Positions 9,021-20,918 of a stretch of 40,683 nt of DNA are shown here, one piece after another. The notes below the pieces were generated by a model. The model saw nothing but the letters and a program-made list of their open reading frames with translations, made no database searches and was not told the DNA's origin. The translations under genes were made by a program, and so were the position numbers. Numbering within the stretch: the first letter of the stretch is position 1; each line of letters opens with the position of its first letter. This stretch comes from Nemertoderma westbladi (taxonomy: Eukaryota > Animalia > Xenacoelomorpha): the NCBI GenBank assembly GCA_032718475.1, contig JAUCBJ010004315.1, positions 1 through 40,683 of the forward strand, written 5' to 3'.

Positions 9021-10461
9021 TCTTTGCCTGTAAGCAGTATAGTTCTGTGGGGTCTATACTGGAAATGAGTCGTGAGACCTTCTTTTCTATTTTTCGCACT
9101 TGTTTCAAGGAGCTCTCCTTGTTTTTTTTTTCGTTTCCGCACTCATTGCCTCTAACATAAGGTAAGGACGACCGAATCTGTGCGACTACTGTATATTTTT
9201 TTCATTATCTATTTAATAAATTGTTGCAGAAATCACGTTATTTTATTTTCTTCAATACTAGACTCTTTTCACTGATAAATAAATAAAGATAAGCCAACTT
9301 TACTATGTATATTTATAATAATAATACGATTTGTTGGTATTTTTAAAAACACTAGCTACTGTACCATTTTTATGAATACAGTAACTACCATTGAAAACAC
9401 TAGCTACCATAAAAATTACACATGTACCGAGTCGGAAATATGTTCCAGAACATAAATCAACAGCGAAAAGAGCTATACAAAGGCAGAACAATGTTGACAC
9501 GGGATAAACTAGTACCACCCACCCCCCCCCCCCCCCCCCCCCCCCCAGTAAAATTTAATGAAATTAATAAGATGGCAAACAACGAAAAGATCTTAAGTTT
9601 TTTATGCCGTTAATTATGTTTTTAAGCGTTTTAATGATGCTCGCATGGCTTTTGGTGAGGTCAATTGGAATAAGAGTTATAATTCTTACGAATACTGGAG
9701 TAGAATTTATAGTGCCAATCTGTCAATCTTATTCAGATAGTCATTTTGCTTAATGTGAAATATATAGCTACAGTACATTATCGAAAGAAACCGTAGCAAG
9801 TTTGGTATATTGCTGTACCATAGGATAATACATAAAATTATATGAATATACTGCAACATATATTTTCTAGAATCCCGTATCAGAGCAATTTCTAAGAAAA
9901 GAGTACAATTTTAGGAAAAAATGGTATAATACAACAATTCTAGAACATTTTTTTAAAATTATACGATTATAATTTTAGCTAGTTTCCGTAGCAATATGCG
10001 AAAATTAACAATAAACAGCTATATAAAATCTAAAATTATTCCAAAGTTGTTCAAATAAATATACATAGAAGTTGTAAGAGGGCCCTACACAGACAGCCAG
10101 TTGTTGTCTTTTGTACAGCCAGAAGCTGGCTGGATTCTGTGGTTTTTAAATGGAAATCCCCATAGCTTATCATTAGAATATTAAAATTTAAACGGGCACT
10201 CTCAATAACATTTGGGCACGGAAATATTAGTATCATTAGAACCGGCTTCAAATTCTACACCTTGACGTGCTGACGTGCTTGTACAATAAATTTAGAGCTT
10301 GTGTGAATATTAAGTAGTTATTGCTGTATTGTAAATAATATAATAACATCCAAAATCCAGCCAGATGATATTTACCAGCCATATCGCAGTATCCTGTTCA
10401 TACCTAACCTCTCTGAGATCAATCAGAGCCGGGTATTACAGTATTACGGTCTGGGAAATTA

Positions 10462-10545
10462 GCCCAATAGGGCAACTTATTTATTTCCCTATAGGGAAGT
10501 TTTTATTTCCCTATAGGGAAATCACAGTTTTCCCTATAGGGAAAT
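10462..10545. repeat. Array of TTTCCCTATAGGGAA(A) palindromes, 22-23 bp period
   Basis: Three good copies (10484, 10506, 10529) and one degenerate copy. Confidence 0.85.
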
Positions 10546-11494
10546 TATACAATATCTTGGTTTCTATTTATTTTACTTGATTTTTATTTATTTTAGACTT
10601 TAAATTTCCTGTTTTACTGTTAATAATAAATGAATAATATTAAGTGCTATATGATTCAAAATAAATCGGCTAATATTAGTGAATATGAAACTATCGCATT
10701 TGACTGTTTGAAGTACCGGTACCTGATTTTAGATTCTTAATGTCTTAGGCTATTTCTAAAAGCAGTAGAAGTACATAAAATACTGGTACACATACAGGCC
10801 TGTACATAAACATATGTAATTTTAATTTTTACTTTGTTTCGTTATCGAGTTGATATTTCATTGATAATAGGCCTAATGTTCTTGTGTCTTGGTTAGGATT
10901 ATATTAGTGTTCTGGAGTTCCCGGAAGAGACACTGGGCGATTTTTCGATTAATTTCCTATTAATTTTAAATGTTTAATATTGGTTATGAAATAAATAAAT
11001 GAAATCATTGTTTTCGTTGTCGTTATAAAACCTATACCGTTGTTGAAACTGTTCATTTCCATAAATAGAATAACCCATTGGTACACACACTACCTAAAAT
11101 ACAAACATTTACTTTTAATCATAGATTGTTTATTTCCATCACAAACATCCTCTCAGCCCCTCCTGCTTTGGTTACAATATTATTCCTTCATCCTTTATGG
11201 CAATTCCTTTGCACACACTTGGAAGATTAACCAATGTGATGCTCTTTACTTGCTCATAAAAACAGAAACAGAGGTAAAACTTTAATTCATAAATCGAGGT
11301 AAAGTCATCTGCATTTAATGATACCAAAACATGACAGCAATTCCAAATCCGCCCTGCCCCATGGTACTTACTGAGGGTTTACCAGTAATAATGATGTAAT
11401 ACTAGTAGTGTACGGTATTTCAAAATTAGAAATTTTTCTTTCCAAAATCAAAATTAAAAAATTAGAAATTTTTCCTTTCCAACAACGCAATATG

Positions 11495-11615
11495 TGCTTG
11501 ATGAAACGGGCAAGGTAATAAATATGTACTTGCCAATACGGACAAGGTAGATATTTGTACTTGCCAATACGGGCAAGGTAGATAGATATATGTACTTGCC
11601 AAAAGGGCCAAGGTA
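11495..11615. repeat. Short tandem repeat with CTTGCC-N6-GGCAAG hairpins
   Basis: About 4 units of GTACTTGCCAATACGGGCAAGGTA at 31-35 bp spacing. Confidence 0.75.
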
Positions 11616-11894
11616 TAGTGGTATACATACATATACAGTACTGAGATACGCAACATAAATTTGGCATCGTCTGACCATAGATACAGTATGTCGCATATGT
11701 ACATTATTTCCAGATTACCACTGAAATAAAACGTGCAAAATAAAGTAACTAGAAAAGATAGAACAACAATTAAACATAAAAAAAACGCTATTTGAAAATT
11801 TAACACAATAAAATGTTTTTTGGGATTTGAAAAAATGAAACTAATACAGGTGTAATAGGTACTGTATAGCTAAATCACGTACACTACTGTACAC

Positions 11895-13170
11895 GAGATT
11901 ACCTGTGGTGTACCGCAAGGTAGTATATTAGGTCCTCTGCTTTTTGTATGCTATGTAAATGATATGATAAGTAGTATAGATCCCGATTTTAAACTCATTT
12001 TATATGCCGACGACAGTGCTCTTATTATCTCTCATAAAGATCCTATCCATATTTCCCAAAAGTTAAGTGCAGTTCTAGAATCCTGTAATGAGTGGTTGGT
12101 TGATAATAAGCTATCCATTCACTACGGTAAGACTGAAAGTATTTTGTTTGGTTCCAAACGAAAGTTAAAGAAGGTAACTAACTAAGTTTGAAGTCACTAG
12201 TAATGGACATAAGATTGAAAATAAAAAAAAAATTATTAATATATAAATATATAAATAATATTATAATATATTAAATTAAATTAAATATATTATTATTATT
12301 AAAATTAAAAAAAAAATATTTAGGCGCCACATTGAATAACTGCTAATCAGAAGAAAGCACAGTGAAAAATATTTTCTCGAAAGTTAACAGTAGGCTTAGG
12401 ATTTGATTGATTGATTGATTTTGATTGATTGATTTATTTATTTTTACCCATATAAACATATACATAATAATTAAGGCACATATAATTATTGTAATATATA
12501 TCAGTATATATATAAATATAATATATATATATAGGTTAATGAGGGCAACCTAGTAGCATTGCTAGTGGACGGCTGCCCACCAGGGAGGGTGGATGGATAT
12601 TTCAGAGGAAGGGAATGGGACAAGTACAGTATATAGTTAGATTATAATAGGGTTAGATAGGATAGGGTTAGGATAGGCTGGGTAGGTTAGGTGGATAGAG
12701 TAGGACATGATATGATAGGGTAGGATAGAGTAGGATAGGATAGGGTAGATAGGAGGATAGAGTAAGTAGTTACTTTGCTCTTCTTTAATACAGTGTCACA
12801 TGGACTATGCGTGCTCTTCTTGGTATGAAGGCTTAACCAAACAGCTGAAATGTAAATTACAAGTAGCTCAGAATAAAGTAGTACGATTTATTAAAGACTA
12901 CAAACCTAGGCATCACCTAACTCCAGATGACTTTTCTGAATCTGGACCACTTAACTTAGATAGTAGAGTTAAGCAGCTACGCCTTAACCATGTGCATAAA
13001 GTGTATTATGGTAAATGTCCTAATTACCTAAAACAAAAATTCAACAGAGTACGCGATACACACTCTTACAGTACCAGAGCTAGTGCTTCAAACTTCTACC
13101 TCCCGAATTATAAATCCTTTGAATCTGATACTTTCTTTTTTAACGGCATTAAAAATTGGAACGCTCTGGT
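11895..13170 (+). pseudogene. Fragmented CR1/L2-group LINE reverse transcriptase
   Basis: ITCGVPQGSILGPLLF...YVNDM...LYADDSAL...KTESILFGS (11895-12185); LGATL...KVNSRL (~12319-12400); LIQCHMDYACSSWY...KLQVAQNKVVRFI (12770-13170); stops and insertions. Confidence 0.9.
12401..12765 (-). mobile_element. Antisense 3' tail of another LINE/SINE inserted in the RT fragment
   Basis: Minus strand ends in AATAAA plus an (AATC)n tail; stem-loop at ~12543-12578; interrupts the RT reading frame. Confidence 0.55.
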
Positions 13171-13679
13171 CATCATTTAACTAATTGAGGGAAAGGGGCA
13201 GGTTACAGAGGCGGGCCTTTCTAACCAAAACAATAAACGGTCACTTTACCAATTCAGGGAAAGGAGCAGGTTACAGAGGCGGGATTTTCTAACCAAAACA
13301 ATAAACGATCATTTAACTAATTGAGGGAAAAGGGCAGGTTACAGAGGCGGGATTTTCTAACCAAAACAATAAACGATCATTTAAATAATTGAGGGAAAGG
13401 AGCAGGTTACAGAGACGGGATTTTCTAACCAAAACAATAAACGATAACATTACCAATTGAGAGAAAGGAGCAGGTTACAGAGGCGGGATTTTCTAACCAA
13501 AACAATAAACGATAACATTACCAATTGAGGGAAAGGAGCAGGTTACAGAGGCGGGATTTTCTAACCAAAACAATAAACGATCACTTAACTAATTGAGAGA
13601 AAGGAGCAGGTTAAGGCCGGATTTTCTAACCAAAACAATAAACAGACACTTTACCAAATCAGGGAAAGGAGCAGGTTAT
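13169..13679. repeat. 68-bp minisatellite, ~7.5 copies
   Basis: CTAACCAAAACAATAAAC recurs at 13221, 13289, 13357, 13425, 13493, 13561, 13626. Confidence 0.95.
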
Positions 13680-14141
13680 CCGTAACACTACTCAGACAGT
13701 AGTCATGATCCATTATTGATTATAAAACTAATACAGTAATAGGCCTAAATTATGTGAAAGGTATATCCACATTTTCCACAATCCTGCAATCCAGTTTGGC
13801 CTATCAATTATTTAAAATTTATTAGCACAACCGGTAGGCCTACCATTACCGTATTTAAATGGTAGGCTACACAGTAGGCCTATAGCAGTACCGGTGCCGG
13901 TACCGGTACTAAAATACAGAAATACCTGATTTATACCTACTGTACATCTGTACATACAATACAGCAAAATAGTGCTATATATACTAATACCGGTACTGAT
14001 AGCCTGAGAGAACAGCAGTAGAGAAACCGGTAGCATGGAACCTAACATTAGACTTTTGGAGGACATAAAAAATAAAAAAAAAGGACAAAAAAAGGTTTTA
14101 AATGGACAATAATAATTATTGCGATTTAATTACATTTGTCC

Positions 14142-15249
14142 ATCTTTTCGACCTACGCGTTGGCCTACGCGTAGCTACGCGTAGCTACGCGTAGTTCGCC
14201 ACATTGGGTCATATATCACCAGTTTCAGAGTTTTAACTTTAACTACGCGTAGGTCTGTAGGTGCTACGCGTAGCTACGCGTAGGTCCTACGCGACCTACG
14301 TAGGTGCTACCCATAACTATGTCTATACGTCGTTTATCATTAGTAGGCCTACGTATTCCAAGCGGTTCAGTACTAAAATAAGACAGTACGGTATGTTCAA
14401 TAAACAACCCACAACCATCAAATGCTTTCAACAGTAATGCATCCTATACCTGTATACTCTACATAGAGGAATACGCTAAGTCTACATATTCTTCACTTCA
14501 TGCGTTGCGGGTGCTAAAATGTGTTACCGGTAATAATGCTTAGAGTTCAAAAATAGTTTACAATGGAAATAGGCCGATGGTTCTTATCGATTCTTTATGC
14601 TTTTTATTGCCTTTGTTCACGATAAGGCAGTAAGGCAAGGATATATTTCATATGTTAACCCCTTGACAAGGGAAGGGGGAGACTAAATTGTTTACCATGA
14701 TTGGTTGCACTTCTTGTTATTTGACCAAACAATTGAATTTTATGCAGTATTTATCAGCTTTCGCTTAACCACTTCACCGGTAGATTGGTAGCTTACTACT
14801 GTAGAATATTTAAATAATCCAATGGAAACAAAGATACCTGAATCATGAGACGTGAATTTCTAAATCTACTTTTTATTCATCCTGTGTTTGTATGTGAAAG
14901 AGCCGAATATTATTTATTACCAGTGCTGTATGTATAGATATATGAGTTTCCGATTCTGTTATTCTTTACGTCTGATAATCAGATACCTGACATATACCGA
15001 TACTTGCCTAACAACTCAACCCTACCGGACCTGAAATGAAAAATCATTGTTATCAGGACTGCTACGCGTAGCACCTACGCGTAGTTTCAAAATACCTACG
15101 CGTAGTTCCAAAATAACTACGCGTAGTTTTAAAACACCTGCGCGTAATTGTTAAAAAGGCAGTAAGTCTGGCCCTACCGGTAAATGACAGGAATGGAAGT
15201 TACAAACTACGCGTAGCTACGCGTAGGACTACGCGTAGGTCGAAAAGAT
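14142..15249. mobile_element. MITE-like element with TIRs and subterminal CTACGCGTAG palindromes
   Basis: ATCTTTTCGACCTACGCGT ... ACGCGTAGGTCGAAAAGAT; clusters of the 10-bp palindrome at both ends; non-coding interior. Confidence 0.85.
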
Positions 15250-15457
15250 TTACCCCCATTCCAGCATTCCACATTCTGCGATTGACCAGTGTGTCAGTGT
15301 CAGTGTGTAGTGTCTACATCTGTATATACATGTATTGACATACATAGGTCTATGTAGTGATGTACTGCAGTACTGCGTACTGCAGTACTGATGTATGTCA
15401 ATTATTGCAGTATTGTTGTATTGTGTTATTTAAATGCTCAACATTGTCTGAATTGTA

Positions 15458-16297
15458 CGGTGGCTGAATTGTGCCACTTAATACTTTTTTTTTATTTTTT
15501 TTTTTAAGCGACTTTTTGGTCGACCAAAAAGTACTTTTTGGTCGACCAAAAAGTAGTTTTTGGTCGACCAATAAGTCGACTTTTTGGTCGACCAAAAAGT
15601 AGTTTTTGGTCGACCAAAAAGTACTTTTTGGTCGACCAATAAGTCGACTTTTTGGTCGACCAATAAGTCGACTTTTTGGTCGACCAAAAAGTAGTTTTTG
15701 GTCGACCAAAAAGTACTTTTTGGTCGACCAATAAGTCGACTTTTTGGTCGACCAAAAAGTACTTTTTGGTCGACCAATAAGTACTTTTTGGTCGACCAAA
15801 AAGTCTGCAAGTATTATCCAATTAGGAAACACGCAAGTATTTTGGAGGTAAAATCAAATTACTTGTTGATGTTCCTTTTGCCCACCAGTCCTAATACTGT
15901 AATATACTACCGGTATGCTACAGGTATGCTACCAAAAAGTACTTTTTGGTCGACCAAAAAGTCTGGAAGTATTATCCAATAGAAAACATATATATAACTA
16001 TTTTGGAGGTAAAATCAAATTACTGTACCGGTGTACATAAAGTTTTGTTAAACACATTGATCGCTAGGCCTACCGGTACCTAGGATATTAACCCTTCATC
16101 ATGATAGTGTTACGGTTTTAAATAACCACCTAATTCACTTAATGTAATTTGATTTTGCCTCGAAAATAGTTGTATGTTTTCTATTGGATAATACTTCCAG
16201 ACTTTTTGGTCGACCAAAAAGTACTTTTTGGTCGACCAAAAAGTCGCTTCAAAAAAAATAATAAAAAAAAGTATTAAGTGGCACAATTCAGCCACCG
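15458..16297. mobile_element. TA-flanked MITE with long TIRs and an array of CTTTTTGGTCGACCAAAAAG palindromes
   Basis: TA-CGGTGGCTGAATTGTGCCACTTAATAC ... GTATTAAGTGGCACAATTCAGCCACCG-TA; 13 palindrome cores at 15518-15797, 1 internal, 2 in the right arm. Confidence 0.9.
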
Positions 16298-16314
16298 TAG
16301 AATTGTACTCAAAC

Positions 16315-17324
16315 TGTAAAGGCTTTTGCGTAATTAGCTGGTTATTTTCCCCGTAAAGTACTCTGTAGTTGCAGAGTTGGTTTACCAGGCATAAAAAGGC
16401 CGTGTCCTTACTGTACTGGTGTTTTGGAGGACATAAAAGTAATTTCTTCTGTATGTGTACTTTAGCGGACATAATCCGCAATTTTATGACGCAATACGCC
16501 GGATCCTCTTGAAACAGTGTAGCTACCATGACGACGGCTAACAGCTGATATTGCCACGTAGAACATCTCTTTGTTCTTTGTTCTCTCTTTGTTCGGTCGA
16601 CCAATCAGAGCGTTTTTTGCCTCTGTGTTAGATGGTAGATAGAAACTCGTGGAGTTGAGTCAGTATGTGATTTTTCCACAGCCTACAACACCGGCGTGGA
16701 ACCTCCGTGTTTCAGTCTTTAGTTCAACATTAGTAGGCTTAATTATAGAACGTATATCCGTTATCTCACTGATCATATCTCACTCAGTCACTCATAATCA
16801 TTCATAACTTAACATTACTGCTTTGCTGTCGGTTATTCATTATATTTGTTGATGAAATATTATATTTGGAATACTGATAAACAATCAGACACCCCAATCT
16901 TCTTGATATACTAAAGGTTAGAGAGACCGGATACATATAACGATTGCGACTTACATTAAGTGGTTTGAAGTGAATCTAATGCTATTTTATAGGCCCTACA
17001 CGTATTGTCTGTTGTTCTCCTTATATGTGACTAAAATTAGTGAAGGATGTCCTAAAGGAACTGTTAATATTTCCCGAAAGTGAATAATATTGTCAGAGAT
17101 TATATATATTAAGATCAGTCGAATAATACAGTAGGCCTATCCCTCAATACGATTAGGCTTCCGAATCCAGTCTCCCGGGTATATCCAGCGGGTGAATGAT
17201 CGCGCATAGACTGGTTTCGGCTAATGTAGTGTTTCAAATATTTGTCGTAGGCTAAAGATATCTATTATCTAGAAGACATCCTAATTTGGCAGGTTAAACT
17301 GCTAAAGGTCTGAAAGCGCGAACA
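16315..17324 (+). repeat. 5' LTR of element 2 (1010 bp)
   Basis: Matches 30943-33454 after removing the MITE and a 153-bp block; about 6 substitutions seen by eye. Confidence 0.96.
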
Positions 17325-17436
17325 ATAACGGATATTTCGTCTAATTGCAGGGTAGGCAATAAATACAGTTTAATATTGTTCTGGTAAGAACAATAACGGA
17401 TATAGCTTCTGTTTTGCAGTAGGCAATAAAGCTGAA
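17325..17436 (+). other. Duplicated non-tRNA primer-binding-site region, complementary to own LTR 16711-16764
   Basis: ATAACGGATAT 17325-17335 is the reverse complement of 16754-16764; second copy at 17393-17404. Confidence 0.72.
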
Positions 17437-17671
17437 GTACCGGCAACCGGTACCCAGTAGGCCTGACTACCTAACCACCCGGACCGGTACCTACAGCAGT
17501 ACAGGTACAGCAGTATTATTCGATTTTGATAATTATATACCAGTAGGCCTTAATAATTAATCAGGGACGGCCGCCCTGGTTTTTTATTGAGATTTTACTT
17601 ATTTCTGTCAAGTTTTATTTATTTGTAGGCTAATATTGAGCAGAAGGCATGTAAGCCTGCTCAGATTGTAC

Positions 17672-18250
17672 AGATAATTTGTAGGCTGGACTGTTGTCTA
17701 ACTGTTGTTAAGTCTGAACGGATTGCAGTGTGTGTAGAGCATCTGTCCGATAAAGTGCTAGTTAGGAACGTAGGGGCTTCAAGTGCTGTGAGGTAAACCC
17801 CCTTTGAAAGAATAAGTCGTACTACTAGGTTAGAACGCATACTAACTAATCATTTCGGAGTCTGCATATACTGTAGTTTATTTAGGCTTGATAGTAGTCT
17901 GCCATCGTTTGGTCTGTACTTTGTTTGTGTAGTCTGTACAGGTAGCGTATAATTCTTATTTAGATAATTTGTAGGCTGGATAGTTGTCTGGCTGTTGTTG
18001 GGTCTGAGGAAATTTCGGTGTGTGTAGAGTGTATGTCTGATAAAGTGCCAGTTGGGAACGTAGGGGCTTCCAGAGCTGTGAGGTAAACCCCCTCGAAAGA
18101 ATAAGTCGTACTACTCGGTTAGAACGCATACTAACTAACCATTTCGGAGTCTGCATATAACGTAGTTTGTTTAGGCTTGATAGTAGTCTGTCAGTATTTG
18201 GTCTGCATTTTGTTTGAGTAGTCTGTACGCGTAGCGTAATATTTATTATT
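17672..18250 (+). repeat. 290-bp tandem duplication in the 5' leader
   Basis: AGATAATTTGTAGGCTGGA starts at 17672 and 17962; copies colinear and moderately diverged. Confidence 0.92.
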
Positions 18251-19194
18251 CAGAGTTTATGCGATTATTCGCAACATTCATATCCCCAAGTTAATTCCTA
18301 CAGTAATTGTGCTTGTTGTACATACCGTTATAGTTAAATTAACCCCGGTACTACATCAGGGCTGCTTGGCGTAGGTAAAGACTGGTGATTTTGTGCCCCG
18401 GTCACTCCAGCAGATACCGTGGTTCTTTTAGCTGTACAAGTATTTCTAACTGCTGATTATTTGTTGTATAAGTACTTGTACCTAATTTAGGGTTTAGTGT
18501 ACAGTGCTTTCCGAAGGTAATTAGTGTGTAGGCAGTATATTTGTGTTGTAAAGTGGTTAATAGGCACGTTGGTTCTGGTAGACCGCGGTAATTAACTTCT
18601 AGGTAGGAACACTCCGTGATACATAACGTAGTACTTATAGCGCCACGGCTATAAGTCGTCAGACGGTGGTATTTTCCTATCTGGACAACGCAGTATATTT
18701 ACTACTACTTATTATTTTCAAATACCGTAGTAACCCTGTCCTTTGTAATAACCAGATATTCTAACCCTTTGTTAGGCTGGTTAGTAGACTTCTTGTAAAA
18801 TTACCCTAAAAATTCGTACTTGTAAATTTTTGTGTTTATTTAGAGATTGTAATCTCAACCCGAATTGTACGTAATCTGTAGTATTAAGTAACTTAGGTAA
18901 ATTAGAATTATTTGTTTTAGTGTCCAACAAGTAGCACTCCACTGAGAGCGCACAGCTTCTGTGTAGTGACTCCCCCCAGAAATAATAACATTTATTTCAA
19001 ATATTGACAAAACCCATTAAACGGGTATATATATATTATAAATCAACTCAAACGATTTATAAATAGTAGGCCTGCCATACAACAACTAGGTCTCAATATC
19101 AGTTGGACTACTGCTCAAATAACGGTAATAAAGTAAGTTAAAGTAACCAAGTAACCCTTAAAATTCAGAAATTCAATTATTCTAAAATAATTGA

Positions 19195-19446
19195 CATACC
19201 GGTATTTACAATAGGCTTATTATATTTATTTCTATAAATTTTAGGCTGAAATCATACCGGTATTCTGTAATTAATTCAAGTTAATAATTATACTTATATG
19301 TACTATAAGTGTAAGCTGCATACCGGTATTCACGATAGGCCTATTATATATTTATATATATTTGTGCTGGAATTACATACCAGTATCCTGTGACAAACCT
19401 AGTCTGTAATAATACTTATATATATACTATAAGCATACCGGTATTC
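19195..19446. repeat. Degenerate repeat with five CATACCGGTAT-type palindromes upstream of gag
   Basis: Copies near 19195, 19253, 19319, 19376 (variant), 19434. Confidence 0.7.
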
Positions 19447-20766
19447 TAATATATTATACATATATCACGCTACACTAAGTAGCAGTATCGGTAATTAATT
19501 ACTAGGCTAACACTGATACTGAATTACTAGACTTGCTTAAACTGTAATATAGCAGTAGGCATTCAACTGTACAAACCAACATGTCTGACACAAAGCAAAA
19601 TCTGTCAGACAGTCTCCTAGATACAACCATATGTAACCCAGACAGGAGTGTGGAACGTGTTAGACCGAAGTTCAACTCACCTCCTACTGTAAGAAAGATC
19701 ATTCCCCCAGTAGTAATATCAGAACCTAGGCTGGTCCAACACCGTAGGTCTGTCATAGGCACTAGAGCTCAGGTCAAGCGGGACCAAGAAGCAGCGGAAC
19801 AACAACAACCCGCGAGCCAAGAACTTATTTCTCAACGGCCCGACAGCTCCAGTAGTGAGGATACTGTAGAGCTGACACCCGAGCGCGGAGCAAAGATGAC
19901 GGATGCGGTTTATTCGGATCCCCTTCTCATCCTTCCTGCAGCCGTACTCACTAGGTTATTGATTGCGGTGGAAGAACACCAGATCGATTGGGCGAGAAGT
20001 AAGCGATCAACTAAAGATAGTTATGCGGGATACACAAGGGAAGAACTGAAGTCTATTGTCGAGTCGCAATGGAACTTCCCCGGACCCGGACTCCTGTTTG
20101 ATTTATCAGAAGCTGCCTGGGAAGATATACACAGGATGGGAGTAACCAAGGAAACCATCGATCCAGCTGTGTGGAAGAGGTCCGCAGCCGGATACGTACA
20201 GGGATTCGTAAGCTCTATGGAGCGATTAGAAAAACAACTGTTTCAACAACCCCAAGGACCTCAAGAGCAGGGACAGCTGCTTTATCAAGTTAGAGAAAGA
20301 ATTCTACGAATCAGGCTAATCTTATCGGCCTTTGAGGAGGCTTCTAAAAGAAGACAAGACACGTCGTTGCAAGTTGCCGTAAAGACTTGGTTTCAATGGG
20401 TGAGCCTCCAGGTGCATTGGAACGACTCAGTGGAAAGCCCAGCTGGATGAGCGCTCAACCCATGGAGATTCAACAGACGCTACTTTTTCCCAAGTGGAAA
20501 GTGAAGCGGCGGCAGAGAAGCCGCATAAGAGGGATGCCATTGACATCTATCTGTCGGACTATCAACGTTTTGTAGGAGATGAAGAGTTGAGGAGAAGACT
20601 AGAGGGGCTTAGCCCTAATAGTGAAGGAGCCCAGCGCGTGTTGGACGCAATCGATGTGGATAGGTTAGCTGCGAACCAAGCTAAATTCAATGAAAGCATC
20701 CGCATCGCTAAGGTTCAAGAAGAACAAGTAAAGAAAAAACGTATAGAAGATAGAAAGACAGCGGCA

Positions 20767-20918
20767 GTGGCAGCAGCAGTGGCAGAGGCAGAAAGAAAAG
20801 CGGCCTTGGCAGCTACAGTGGCAGAAGCAGAAAGAAAAGCGGCTTTGGCAGCTGCAGTGGCAGAAGCAGAAAGAAAAGCGGCTTTGGCAGCTGCAGTGGC
20901 AGAAGCAGAACGAAAGGC
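20767..20918 (+). repeat. 39-bp in-frame repeat x ~4 (AAVAEAERKAALA)
   Basis: Seen in both DNA and translation. Confidence 0.92.

Noticed and set aside
9422-9613. Poly-proline ORF
   Set aside because: Arises from a poly-C run; no gene structure
10484-10544. EBF/COE binding-site cluster
   Set aside because: The COE site is TCCC-N2-GGGA; the spacer here is 4 nt
15510-15803. CRISPR-like array of palindromic repeats
   Set aside because: No unique spacers, no cas genes, eukaryotic context, lies within MITE TIRs
15398-15982. Repeat-protein ORFs in several frames
   Set aside because: By-products of the palindrome array
17956-18156. 66-aa antisense ORF in the 290-bp repeat
   Set aside because: The other repeat copy has TGA at codon 6
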